From: Gammaproteobacteria bacterium
Lineage (GTDB): Bacteria; Pseudomonadota; Gammaproteobacteria; Natronospirales; REEB76
NCBI GenBank assembly: GCA_036263155.1
Contig: DATAHN010000043.1
Span: 1 to 55,014, forward strand
Direction of reading: 5' to 3'
DNA length: 55,014 nt
Shown: one piece after another, positions 27,466 to 37,112 of the stretch
How the letters are laid out: the number at the start of each line of letters is the position of its first letter
Position numbering within the stretch: the first letter of the stretch is position 1
Notes under the pieces: generated by a model
The model's database searches: none
Seen by the model: only the letters and a program-made list of their open reading frames with translations
Told to the model about the DNA's origin: nothing
Translations under genes and position numbers: made by a program

Positions 27466-30400
27466 TTACGTCTTCCCGCCGGCGGCCACGACGCGATTGC
27501 GTCCGCCGCGCTTGGCTTCATATAGGGCGCGGTCCGCCTGGTTGATCAGTGCGGCCACGCTCTCCGTGTCCGAGGTCGCGGTGGCGACGCCGATGCTCAC
27601 GCTGAGGTGGATCTCTCCATCCAGGGCCGGGACGCGCAGCTGCTCGATGCTGCGCCGCAGCCGCTCGGCGGTCTCCAGGGCGAGCCCGGCAGGCGTCTCC
27701 GGCAGCAACACCACCAGTTCTTCGCCGCCGTAGCGGCCGAGCACGTCGAGCTGGCGCAGTCCCTGGCGGCAGGTGGCGGCCAAAAGCCGAAGCACCCGGT
27801 CTCCGGCGTCGTGGCCATGGGTGTCGTTGATGGCCTTGAAGTGGTCGGCGTCGATCAGGAACACCGACAGCTCGCGCCGGTAGCGGTGGCTGCGCTCAAA
27901 CTCGCTCTCGGCCCGTTCCATGAAGTGGCGGCGGTTGTAGAGCCGGGTCAGGCCATCGGTGGTGGCGAGGTTCTCCAGGTCCTTGATGAGCTGGGCGTTG
28001 TCCAACGCCACGCTCACCTGCTTGGCCATGGCCGAAGCCACCTCCATCTGCTGCAGGTCCAGCGGCCGGTTCGGGCGCCCGACCAGCAGCAGCCGGAATG
28101 CACCGCTGCCGGAATGCAGCGGCACCGCCAGGTAGTGGTGGCGGCCAGGCCGCGCGCCGCCGCCGGCCAGGGTGGCGGCATCCTCGGACGCGAGCAGCAG
28201 CGCCTGGCTGGCCTGCCTGAGGCGCGCCACGATGCGCGGCTGCTGCTGCGGCCAGTGCTCCAGGTAATCCTGCTCGCCGGAGCCGATGCCGCGCGAGGCG
28301 ACGAGCTGCAGCATGCCGTCCCGCTCCACGTAGAACAGGGCTTGTTCGTAGGTGATGAAGTTGGTGAGGGTGTCGATGAGCTGCTCGGCGATGGCACGCT
28401 CGTCGCGCTGGGCCGTGACCGAGTGGATGAGGTTGTGCAGCGACTCCGCCCACTGGCGTCGCTGTTGCTCGTTCTCGAGCTGGTGCTCGCGGGTGATGAA
28501 GCGTTTGTAGAGGCCGAGTCCCAGCATCAGGGCGACGAATGCCGCCGCCACATACAGGAGGTAGGCCCAGCCGGTGCGCCAGGCCGGCGGCAGCACCTCG
28601 ATGTCCAGGACGGCCTCGCGCTCGTTCCACACCCCGTCGCTGTTGGCGCCGCGCACCCGCAGCACGTAGCTGCCGGGGTCCAGGTTGGTGTATGTGGCCG
28701 CGTGGCGGCCGCGCAGCGTATGCCAGTCGCTGTCGAAGCCGTCCAGCCGGTAACTGAAGATGTTGAGCTCCGGCTCGGCGTAGTCGAAAGCGGTGAACTC
28801 GAAGCTGAGGATGTTCTGCCGGTACTGCACCTCCACCTGCCTGAGCGGGCCGCCCGGCGTGTCCAGCGACACATCGTCGCCGTGGCGCACGAAGCGGGTG
28901 ATCGCCACCGCCGGCGGCTCGGTGTCGCGGCTGAGTTGCTCGGGATAGAACGCGTTGATGCCGTCCACGCCGCCGAACAGGAGCTCGCCGTCCGGCGCCG
29001 CGAACGCAGCACCACCGTTGAACTCGTCGCTCTGTAAGCCGTCGCTCTTGACGTAATTGCGGAACGTGCCGGTGGCCGGGTCCAGGCGTGACAGGCCATG
29101 CCCGGTGCTGGACCAGATGCCGCCACTGCCGTCGCGCAGCACGGCGTAGATGGTGTCGCTGGGCAGGCCATCGGCGGCGAAGTAGCGTTTGAACTCGTGC
29201 CCGCCGGCTTTGAGGTGGTCGAGGCCCACCGCCGTGCCGATCCACAATCCGCCTTCGCCGTCCGGCTGGCAGCTCTGGATGCTGTCGTAGCTCAGGCTCG
29301 CGGGGTCGCGCGGGTCGCTGTGGTAGGCCGTGAACAGGTCGTGCTCACCATCGAAGTAGGCGAGCCCGCCACCGGTGCCGAGCCACAGCTTGCCGTCACC
29401 GGTCTCGCACATCGCCACCACGCTGTTGTCCGGGAGGCTGCCGGGGCGGCGGTCATCGTGCTGGTAGCGCCACACCTTACCCGTGGCGGGCTCCACCCGC
29501 ACCAGCCCGAGGCCGGTGCCGGCCCAGACGCGGCCGCGGCCGTCCACGTACACCAGGTTTACGATGTCGCCTTCGGAACCGTCATCGTGGGCGATGAGGT
29601 CGTAGTGCCTGAACTCCTCACTGCCGGCCGTACGGCGGAACAGCCCGTAGTCGGTGCCGGCCCAGATGCCGCCCTGACCGTCGCCGGTCACCGCGTTGAT
29701 CTGGTCATCATCGGGCCGGTTCGCGGGCCGGTTGCCCATGTGGTACTGGCGGTAGCGACGCCGCGACGCGTCCAGCCGCGTCAGCCCCTGGTCGGTGCCG
29801 ACCCACAGTTCGTCGTGGGCATCTTTGTACACGCTCCACACCATGTTGCTGGCGAGGCTATTGGCATCCCCCTGGCGGTGCCGGTAGTAGCCGAAGGCAC
29901 GGGTGCGCGGGTTGTACACGTCCACGCCTCTCTCGTTGGTGCCGATCCAGACCAGCCCCGAGCGGTCCTGGTACAACATATCGATGTTGTCGCTGCCCAG
30001 GCTTCCCGGGTCGGTAGCGTCGTGCTGGTAGGATTCGAACCGACCGCTCTCCACCTCGAAACGGTTGAGGCCGCCGCCATAGGTACCGACCCACACGTCA
30101 CCGGTCGGATCCTTGAGCAGCGCCAGCGCGTGGTCATTGGAGAGGGAATCGGTGGCGGCGCCGTGGCTGTAGAAGTGCTTCTCGTTGTGGTCCGCGTCCA
30201 ATGCCGCGATGCCGCGCCCGCTCGCGATCAGCAGGAAACCGCCGGCCTCCATGAAGCCGTGGATCGGAGACTCGGTAAACAGGCCGCGCTCGTTCGCGTC
30301 GCGGATGCCGGGCGGCACGAGCGACTGCAGCCGGTCGCCCGCGTCGTCGAAATAGAACACGCCGTGATTGCTGCCCACCCACAGGCGCCCGCCCGCGTCC

Positions 30401-30993
30401 TCATAAAGACTGAGCACACCGTCAGCGGTCTTGGACGGCAGGCGGTAATGGTGGAAGACATGGCCGTCGAAACGGTCGAGACCGGCGGCATGGCCGATCC
30501 ACATGCGGTGCTTGCGGTCCACCAGCAGCGACGAGATCTGGTCGTCGGCGATGCTGGCCGGATCCTTGGGGTCGTGGTGGAAGTGGGTGAAGCGACGCGT
30601 GCCCGGCTCGAGCCGGTCCAGGCCCGAGAGCGTAGTACCCACCCAGAGCGCACCGCCCTCGCCCAGCGCCAACACGTTCACGTTGTTGTCCGCCAGGGAG
30701 TCCGGGTCGGCCGGATCATGGCGCAGCGTCAGGAACTCGTAGCCGTCGTAGCGCTGCAGCCCGTCCTGGGTGCCGAACCACATGTAGCCCTGGCTGTCCT
30801 GGATGATGGCCTGCACAGAACTCTGGGCGAGCCCATCTTCGATGCCGATGTGGCGGAAGCGCAGGCTCGAGCCGGGCGGGAACGGTGTATCGGCGGCGGC
30901 CGCGGCCATGCCGCAGGCGAGACACGCGAGTGCGAGCCCGGCCCAGCGGGCCTTGCCTCTCGCGTCGCGCTGCTTGCGTGGGCGCTGGAACAT
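27466..30993 (-). CDS. Membrane diguanylate cyclase: Reg_prop beta-propellers - Y_Y_Y - TM - GAF - GGDEF
   Basis: Signal-like N-terminus; repeated DxxGxxWxGT units; FEFTAFDY...FSYRLDGFD...YTNLDPGSYVLRVRGAN...IEVLPPAWRTGWAY; DGLTRLYNRR, RQLD I-site, RYGGEEL. Confidence 0.92.
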   Translation of the reverse strand: MFQRPRKQRDARGKARWAGLALACLACGMAAAAADTPFPPGSSLRFRHIGIEDGLAQSSVQAIIQDSQGYMWFGTQDGLQRYDGYEFLTLRHDPADPDSLADNNVNVLALGEGGALWVGTTLSGLDRLEPGTRRFTHFHHDPKDPASIADDQISSLLVDRKHRMWIGHAAGLDRFDGHVFHHYRLPSKTADGVLSLYEDAGGRLWVGSNHGVFYFDDAGDRLQSLVPPGIRDANERGLFTESPIHGFMEAGGFLLIASGRGIAALDADHNEKHFYSHGAATDSLSNDHALALLKDPTGDVWVGTYGGGLNRFEVESGRFESYQHDATDPGSLGSDNIDMLYQDRSGLVWIGTNERGVDVYNPRTRAFGYYRHRQGDANSLASNMVWSVYKDAHDELWVGTDQGLTRLDASRRRYRQYHMGNRPANRPDDDQINAVTGDGQGGIWAGTDYGLFRRTAGSEEFRHYDLIAHDDGSEGDIVNLVYVDGRGRVWAGTGLGLVRVEPATGKVWRYQHDDRRPGSLPDNSVVAMCETGDGKLWLGTGGGLAYFDGEHDLFTAYHSDPRDPASLSYDSIQSCQPDGEGGLWIGTAVGLDHLKAGGHEFKRYFAADGLPSDTIYAVLRDGSGGIWSSTGHGLSRLDPATGTFRNYVKSDGLQSDEFNGGAAFAAPDGELLFGGVDGINAFYPEQLSRDTEPPAVAITRFVRHGDDVSLDTPGGPLRQVEVQYRQNILSFEFTAFDYAEPELNIFSYRLDGFDSDWHTLRGRHAATYTNLDPGSYVLRVRGANSDGVWNEREAVLDIEVLPPAWRTGWAYLLYVAAAFVALMLGLGLYKRFITREHQLENEQQRRQWAESLHNLIHSVTAQRDERAIAEQLIDTLTNFITYEQALFYVERDGMLQLVASRGIGSGEQDYLEHWPQQQPRIVARLRQASQALLLASEDAATLAGGGARPGRHHYLAVPLHSGSGAFRLLLVGRPNRPLDLQQMEVASAMAKQVSVALDNAQLIKDLENLATTDGLTRLYNRRHFMERAESEFERSHRYRRELSVFLIDADHFKAINDTHGHDAGDRVLRLLAATCRQGLRQLDVLGRYGGEELVVLLPETPAGLALETAERLRRSIEQLRVPALDGEIHLSVSIGVATATSDTESVAALINQADRALYEAKRGGRNRVVAAGGKT

Positions 30994-31100
30994 GTGGGGC
31001 TAGGGCCCTGTTCTCTATTTATGGTGTAAAAGACCGCCTCTCCGGGCGGCTTCCCTGTCCCGGATTATGTAGCAATTCTCCCAAAAAAGCTTGGGTCTGG

Positions 31101-31919
31101 TCAGCCCGGCGGGATGCAGTCCGGCGTGCGTCCCCTGCGTTTCGCCGCTTGGTAGCGCTGCGTGTTCTCCGGCAGCCTGGCTTGCAGGTCCTGCAGCCGG
31201 TTCTCATCCGAGGGGTGGTCGGAAAGGATCTCCGGTGGCGCGCCATTGTTGGCCTTCATCATGTTGCGCCAGAGGTCCAGCGCCTCATGGGGGTCGAAAC
31301 CCGCCTCGGCCATGTACTGCATGCCTAGTACGTCCGCCTCGCTCTCCTGGGCGCGGCTGAACGGGAGCAGCACGCCGACCTGGGTTCCGAGACCAAGCGC
31401 TGCCATGGCGGCCTGGCCCTTGCCGCTGCTCTGGTCGATGCCGGCGAGGATGGCCGCGAGGCCGACCCCCACCTGCGCTGCCGTCTGGTCGGAGATGCGC
31501 TCCGCGCCGTGGCCCGCCTGCACGTGGCCCATCTCATGGCCTAGCACCGCGGCAAGCTCCCCCGGGGTCTTGGCGACGGGGAAGATACCCGTGTACACCG
31601 AGACATGGCCGCCGGGAAGCGCGAAGGCGTTCACGGTCTTGTCCTGCTTGAACACCGCCACGTCCCACTTACCGCCGCCGCGCGGCTTGCCGGTGGCGCC
31701 CGCCAGCGCGTGCACGATGCACTCGGCATAGGCGTTGTCATCCTTGTCCTTGTCCAGGGGGGTTTGCTTCTGGATCTGCCTGAACGACTGGGTTCCCATC
31801 TGGGCGGCATCCTGGTCCGAGATCAGGCTGAGCTGCTTGCGGCCGGTGGGTGACGTGGCACATGAAGCAAGACTGGCAAGCAGGAAAGAGATGAACAGGA
31901 TGTTTTTATTTGCATGCAT
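31101..31919 (-). CDS. M48 family zinc metalloprotease lipoprotein
   Basis: Lipobox LASC; NAFALPGG, HEMGH, FSRAQESEAD, LSDHPS. Confidence 0.9.
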   Translation of the reverse strand: MHANKNILFISFLLASLASCATSPTGRKQLSLISDQDAAQMGTQSFRQIQKQTPLDKDKDDNAYAECIVHALAGATGKPRGGGKWDVAVFKQDKTVNAFALPGGHVSVYTGIFPVAKTPGELAAVLGHEMGHVQAGHGAERISDQTAAQVGVGLAAILAGIDQSSGKGQAAMAALGLGTQVGVLLPFSRAQESEADVLGMQYMAEAGFDPHEALDLWRNMMKANNGAPPEILSDHPSDENRLQDLQARLPENTQRYQAAKRRGRTPDCIPPG

Positions 31920-31940
31920 GGGTGGCTCCTCAAGATGACA

Positions 31941-33017
31941 TTAGGATACTCCGAGATCGGTGTCGCCCTGGGCCTCGGGGGCTTTGCTGAGGGCGATCCG
32001 GGTGTGCGGCAGGCAGTCGGGGCGCCGTTCCTGCAGGTATCTCACCAACTCTTCCCGCACCAGGCAGCGCAGGTCCCAGGCGCTACCGCTGTTGGCCACG
32101 CTCATGAGCGCGCGCAGCTCAAGGGTATGCGAGGTGGCGTCCGTCACCTGCAACGCCCAGGCCTTGCCATCCCACAGCCGACTGGACTTGAGTATCTCGT
32201 GCAGGCGCTCCCGCACCTCCACCACCGGTGTCACGTAGTCCACGTACAGCGTCACGGTGGCGAGCAAGTCCGCCGTGCGGCGGGTCCAGTTCTGGAACGG
32301 CTTCTCGATGAAGTACGAGAGCGGCAGCAGCAGGCGGCGCTGGTCCCACACTCGCACCACCACGTAGGTGGTGCGTATCTCCTCGATCCAGCCCCACTCA
32401 CCCTCCACCACCACTACGTCGTCGATGCGGATCGGTTCGGTCAGGGCCACCTGCAGGCCTGCGAGGATGTTGGTGGCGGTGGGCTTGGCGGCGAGGCCGA
32501 TCAGGAGGCCCGCGGCGCCGGCGGAGGCGAACAGCGTCGTGCCGAGGGCCCGCACCTGCGGGAAGGTCATCAGCATGGCGGCCAGCGTGATGATTACTAC
32601 CAGCACCACCGCGATGCGGCGGATGATCAATACCTGGGTGATGACCTGGCGCGCCCGCAGGTTGTCCGCCACGTCCAGGCGGTGGCGCAGCGTAAGGCTG
32701 TCGCGCCAGGCATCGAACAGGCGAACACACCCCCAGCCGGTGGCGGCGATCAGCAGCATGGTGACCGCATGGTAGACAGAGTTGTCCACGCGCGGGCTGA
32801 AGCGCGCCAGCGGCTGCGCCGCCAGCATCACCAGGAGCGGCACCAGCACCAGCACCGGTTCGCGCAGGCGCTTCAGCACGCACTCCGCGATGCCACCGGG
32901 TATGCGCCGCGCCACCGGCCGCAGCAGCCAGAGCACGAGATAAGTCACACCCAGGGATGCGCAGAGCAGCACTGCGAACAGCGCCGCGGATAGGAGGTCG
33001 TCGGTGAGCCCGCTCAT
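31941..33017 (-). CDS. mscS: Small-conductance mechanosensitive channel (MscS family)
   Basis: Three to four TMs; NILAGLQVAL, PIRIDDVVVVEGEWGWIEEI, FQNWTR. Confidence 0.88.
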   Translation of the reverse strand: MSGLTDDLLSAALFAVLLCASLGVTYLVLWLLRPVARRIPGGIAECVLKRLREPVLVLVPLLVMLAAQPLARFSPRVDNSVYHAVTMLLIAATGWGCVRLFDAWRDSLTLRHRLDVADNLRARQVITQVLIIRRIAVVLVVIITLAAMLMTFPQVRALGTTLFASAGAAGLLIGLAAKPTATNILAGLQVALTEPIRIDDVVVVEGEWGWIEEIRTTYVVVRVWDQRRLLLPLSYFIEKPFQNWTRRTADLLATVTLYVDYVTPVVEVRERLHEILKSSRLWDGKAWALQVTDATSHTLELRALMSVANSGSAWDLRCLVREELVRYLQERRPDCLPHTRIALSKAPEAQGDTDLGVS

Positions 33018-34432
33018 GCGCCGCTCGCGGCTCGCCGCCCATCGGCGCGCTCACGTGCCGTACCGGCCTCGCGCAGCGCGTCAGTGAAGTCCGCTACCCA
33101 GCGATGCACGTCCGTCTCACGCAGTGCCGCCAGCAGCCGTGTGTGGCGCGCGCGCCGCTCCTCCACGGGCATGCTGAGCCCCCGGGCGATGGCTGCGGCC
33201 ATGCCGTCCACATCGTAGGGATTGACGATGAGCGCATCCTTGAGCTGCTCCGCCGCCCCCGCCAGTGACGACAGCACCAGCATGCCCGGATCCTCCAGCG
33301 GCTGGGCCGCGCAGTATTCCTTGGCCACGAGGTTCATGCCGTCACGCATGGGCGTTACCAGCCCGATGCGCGCCATGGACAGGAAGCCCATGACCGTGGG
33401 ACGCGGGAAGCCGCGTGTCATGTAGCGCAGCGGCAGCCAGTCGTACTCGGCGAAGCGGGCATGGATGTCGCCGGCGATGGCGTTGATTTCCTGCCGCAGG
33501 TCTTCGTACTCAGCCACCTCGGTGCGCGAGAGCGGCGCGATCTGCAGCAGCACCACCTGGCGGCGATACTCGGGGCTGAGCTCCAGCATACGACCGTAGG
33601 CACGGAAGCGTTCCGGCAGACCCTTGCTGTAGTCGAGACGGTCCACGCCGATGATGAGGCGCCGGCCCGTGAGACTGGCTTCGAGGCGCTGGCCGTGGTT
33701 GCCCTGCCGGCCCTTGCGCGCCATACGTGACACGCCATCCACGTCGATGCCGATGGGGAAGGCCCGCACCTTCACGTGCCTGCCGTCCAGTTCGACATAG
33801 TCACCGCGCACCTTGGCACCCGGGCAGCAGTGGCGTATCCCCGCCAGGAACGCCTCCACGTCCAGCGGCGTCTGGAAACCCAGCACGTCGTAGTCGAGCA
33901 TCGCCCGCAGCAGGTTCTTGTAGTCCGGCAGCGCGCGCAGCGTATCCGGGAAGGGAAATGGTATGTGCAGGAAGAACCCGATGGGCTGGCGTACACCGCC
34001 CTCCCTCAGCATGCGGCCCATGGGCAGGAAGTGGTAGTCGTGCACCCACACCAAGTCGTCACCCCGCAGCAGCGGCGCGAGTCGCGTCGCGAATATGCGG
34101 TTCACGTCCAGGTAGCACCGGTAGTCAGCGTCACGGTAGCGCAGCAGGTTAAGGCGTGAGTGGCACAGCGGCCACAGCATGCTGTTGGCGAAGCCCACGT
34201 AATAGCGTTCGAACTCGCGCCCGGTCAGAGGCACCGTGGCGAAGCTCACCCCCTCCTCTTCCATCTGCTCCGGCTTCTCTGTGTGCCGCTCGACGAGCTT
34301 GCCGTTCCAGCCGAACCACAGGCCGCCCTGCTTGCGCATCGCCGCCAAAAGGCCCGTGGCGAGCCCGCCTTGGGCGCTCCCGCGCCGGTCCGGCAGGGCC
34401 ACCCGGTTGGAGACCGCCACCAGCCGCGTCAA
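33014..34432 (-). CDS. otsA: Trehalose-6-phosphate synthase
   Basis: RLVAVSNRV, GGLA, WVHDYH, DRLDYSKG, DGMNLVAKEY; TTG start overlapping the GH15 stop. Confidence 0.95.
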   Translation of the reverse strand: MTRLVAVSNRVALPDRRGSAQGGLATGLLAAMRKQGGLWFGWNGKLVERHTEKPEQMEEEGVSFATVPLTGREFERYYVGFANSMLWPLCHSRLNLLRYRDADYRCYLDVNRIFATRLAPLLRGDDLVWVHDYHFLPMGRMLREGGVRQPIGFFLHIPFPFPDTLRALPDYKNLLRAMLDYDVLGFQTPLDVEAFLAGIRHCCPGAKVRGDYVELDGRHVKVRAFPIGIDVDGVSRMARKGRQGNHGQRLEASLTGRRLIIGVDRLDYSKGLPERFRAYGRMLELSPEYRRQVVLLQIAPLSRTEVAEYEDLRQEINAIAGDIHARFAEYDWLPLRYMTRGFPRPTVMGFLSMARIGLVTPMRDGMNLVAKEYCAAQPLEDPGMLVLSSLAGAAEQLKDALIVNPYDVDGMAAAIARGLSMPVEERRARHTRLLAALRETDVHRWVADFTDALREAGTARERADGRRAASGA

Positions 34433-36219
34433 AACGCCACCTCCCAGGGATCGCTGAGGCGCATGGCGGAATGGATGATGCCCACCATGCTGTAGGTCTG
34501 GGGGAAGTTGCCCCACAGTTCGCCGGTGGCCGGGTCCAGGTGCTCCGACAGCAGGCCGGTGGCGGTACGCCGCGCCAGCATGTGCTCGAACAGGGTGCGC
34601 GCCTCCTCGCGCCGGCCGATCTTGGCGAGCGCATCGATGTACCAGAACGTGCAGAGGGTGAAGGCGTTATGAGGCGTGCCGAAGTCGTCTGCCTCCACGT
34701 AGCGGAATACGTAGTCGCCGCGCTTGAGCTCGCGCCCGATCGCCTCGACCGTCGCGACGAAACGCGGGTCCTTGGGCTCCACGATGCCGAGCTCTGCCAG
34801 CAACAGCAGCGCCGCATCCAGCGAGTCGCCGCCGAAGCTGGCGGTGAAGCTGCCGAGCTTGGCGCTCCAGGCCCGCTCCAGGATGATGGTGCGGACGCGT
34901 TCCGCCGCCCTGCTCCAATATAAGGTGCGTCCCTTGAGGCGCAAGCGCCGGGCGATGCGGGCCAGACGGTCGCAGGCGGTCCAGCACATCACGCTGGAGA
35001 AGGTATGCACGCGGCTGTTGCCGCGCAGTTCCCACAGGCCCGCGTCCGGTTTGTCGTGCAACTCGAGGGCCGTCTCCCCCAGTGCCTCCAGCTGGGCGAA
35101 TAATGCAGCGTCGCCGGGCGAGTCCAGCCGCGCGTCGAAGAAGGCGTGGGCGGCGGACAGCACCACTGCGCCGTACACGTCGTTCTGTTCCTGGCGGTGC
35201 GCGTCATTGCCCACCCGCACCGGCCCGAAGCTACGGTAGCCCTTGAGGCTCCCGACTTCACGCTCCTCCAGGTCGCTGCGGCCGTTGATGCGGTACACGG
35301 GCTTGAGGCGTCCATCCACCGCGTCGGCGCCGACGTTGACCACGTAACGGATGTAATCCTCCATGGTGCGGGTCGCGCCCAGGCGGTTGAGCGCGTTCAC
35401 CACGAAGTAGCTATCCCGCAACCAGCAGTGGCGGTAATCCCAGTTGCGGGAGGAGCCGGTGCTCTCGGGGATGGAAGTGGTGACCGCCGCGATCACCGCG
35501 CCGGTATCCTCGAAGGTGCAGAGCTTGAGGGTGATGGCGGCGCGAATGACCTCGTCCTGCCATTCCAGAGGAAGCGCCAGGTAACGCACCCACTCGCGCC
35601 AGTAGGCGGCAGTCTCAAGGTGGAACTCCCGCACCATCTCCTCCAGCGAGACGTTCACCACCTCGTCCGGCCCCAACAGCATCACCACCTCATGGTCGAG
35701 CTGGAACGGCGTCTCGTCCAATACCGCCGTCACCGGCGCATTGGTGGTAAGCCGCAGCACCATGTCGGGCAGAAGATAACGCACGTGGTTGCTGCCGGCG
35801 GTGGTGGCGGGCCTGTGTGCCCCATAGTCTCCCGCCGGCCGCAGCCTCAGGGTGATGCGCGGCCGACCCTTGAGCGGGCGGATACAGCGCACCAGCGTGG
35901 CCGGGCGGAACATGCGGCCGAAATTCTTGAAGCGCGGGGCGAAGTCCACCACCTCTACCACGCCGCCTTGGGCGTCATTGAGCGTGGTCACCAATATGGC
36001 AGTGTTGCGCTCGTAGCGCTGGCTGGAGCTCGCGAACCCGGCGAGTTCGATGCGGAAGCTGCCACGTCCTTCCGCCGCAGGCTCGAGCAGCGAGCAGAAC
36101 ACCGGGTCGGCGTCGAAGCGCGGCAGGCAGGCCCAGACGATCTCGGCGCGGGCATCCACCAGCGCCCCGAACGCACAGTTGCCGATCAGGCCCAGTTCAA
36201 GGTCGCGCAAGGTCCCCAC
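34429..36219 (-). CDS. Glycoside hydrolase family 15 (trehalase/glucoamylase-like)
   Basis: GLIGNC, AAVTTSIPE, RNWDYRHCWLRDS, GLWELRG, LLSEH...GNFPQTYS; start approximate (GTG 36219 or TTG 36210). Confidence 0.92.
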   Translation of the reverse strand: MGTLRDLELGLIGNCAFGALVDARAEIVWACLPRFDADPVFCSLLEPAAEGRGSFRIELAGFASSSQRYERNTAILVTTLNDAQGGVVEVVDFAPRFKNFGRMFRPATLVRCIRPLKGRPRITLRLRPAGDYGAHRPATTAGSNHVRYLLPDMVLRLTTNAPVTAVLDETPFQLDHEVVMLLGPDEVVNVSLEEMVREFHLETAAYWREWVRYLALPLEWQDEVIRAAITLKLCTFEDTGAVIAAVTTSIPESTGSSRNWDYRHCWLRDSYFVVNALNRLGATRTMEDYIRYVVNVGADAVDGRLKPVYRINGRSDLEEREVGSLKGYRSFGPVRVGNDAHRQEQNDVYGAVVLSAAHAFFDARLDSPGDAALFAQLEALGETALELHDKPDAGLWELRGNSRVHTFSSVMCWTACDRLARIARRLRLKGRTLYWSRAAERVRTIILERAWSAKLGSFTASFGGDSLDAALLLLAELGIVEPKDPRFVATVEAIGRELKRGDYVFRYVEADDFGTPHNAFTLCTFWYIDALAKIGRREEARTLFEHMLARRTATGLLSEHLDPATGELWGNFPQTYSMVGIIHSAMRLSDPWEVAF

Positions 36220-36967
36220 TCTCCGCTCCCTGGAGACGTGACTTGAGCCAGGCCAGCACCGCGGCGGGATCGGCGAGCCGCTCCTGCGCCACGCTCGGCT
36301 CCGGGCCGACCTTGATGCTGAGGCCGCCACGCGCGTTGACCGCCTCGAAACCGCTCTCGTCGGTGAGATCGTCTCCGATGTAGATGGGACGGCGACCCGC
36401 GAAGGGCGGCTGCCTGAGGTAGGCCTCAATTGCCCGGCCCTTGCCGGTCTCGGCACCGCATACTTCCAGCACCATTTTGCCTGGCTGCAGGCGCAGCACC
36501 GAGTACGGCGCGAGCAGCGTCATCATGCGTATGGCGAGCTGGTCGCCGAGCTGGGGAGCACGCCGGTAGTGCAGCGCCATGGCGAGGCCCTTGTCCTCGA
36601 GCCTGAGGCGCGGATCGGAGTCCGCCAGCCGGCGCAGCCTCGGCCCCACCGCCTGCAGTGCCGGCAGGTGCGCCTCGGACCAGACCACCATTCCGCCCGG
36701 GTCGCGCCGCTCCGCGCCGTGCTGGGCAGCGGCGACGAAACGGTTGGGCGCGAACATGAGGTCCACCTGCCGTAGCGGCCGGCCGCTCACCAGCGCAAGC
36801 GCGCCGTCGCAGGCCGCCGAGAGGCGGTTGAGCAGGCCGCACACGGCCGCGGTCGGGACCACCGTCTCGGGCGAATCCGCGATCGGGAGCAAGGTGCCGT
36901 CCACATCCAGGAAAAATGCTTCGGGTATGCCCTGCTCCATTGCAGGTTTTTCTACAGGGCGCGACAT
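36197..36967 (-). CDS. otsB: Trehalose-6-phosphate phosphatase
   Basis: HAD motifs FLDVDGTL, VSGR, GKGRAI, YIGDDLTDE. Confidence 0.94.
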   Translation of the reverse strand: MSRPVEKPAMEQGIPEAFFLDVDGTLLPIADSPETVVPTAAVCGLLNRLSAACDGALALVSGRPLRQVDLMFAPNRFVAAAQHGAERRDPGGMVVWSEAHLPALQAVGPRLRRLADSDPRLRLEDKGLAMALHYRRAPQLGDQLAIRMMTLLAPYSVLRLQPGKMVLEVCGAETGKGRAIEAYLRQPPFAGRRPIYIGDDLTDESGFEAVNARGGLSIKVGPEPSVAQERLADPAAVLAWLKSRLQGAESGDLARP

Positions 36968-37053
36968 AAGTCCGTCTTTCGTTCGATGTTATATGTTCAC
37001 GGCGCGCGCGACCGTGACGAGGACTGCATTTTCAGCGGGAAAAGACAGCAGGT

Positions 37054-37090
37054 AAAACCCGCGGATGCCCGAAGAATGGACATCCGCGGG
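37054..37090 (-). terminator. Probable intrinsic terminator of the DUF1993 gene
   Basis: 10-bp stem cccgcggatg/catccgcggg followed on the minus strand by TTTT. Confidence 0.6.
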
Positions 37091-37112
37091 AAGCGGGTGT
37101 AGGCGGGATGCG

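Noticed and set aside
28950-30850. Internal repeats in the large DGC gene as a DNA repeat element
   Set aside because: Explained by degenerate protein-level beta-propeller blades.
37058-37112. ggatg/catcc hairpin with nearby GTAGG as a second copy of the tRNA-linked or REP element
   Set aside because: Similarity is limited to 5-6 nt; position and U-tract fit a simple terminator for the DUF1993 gene.
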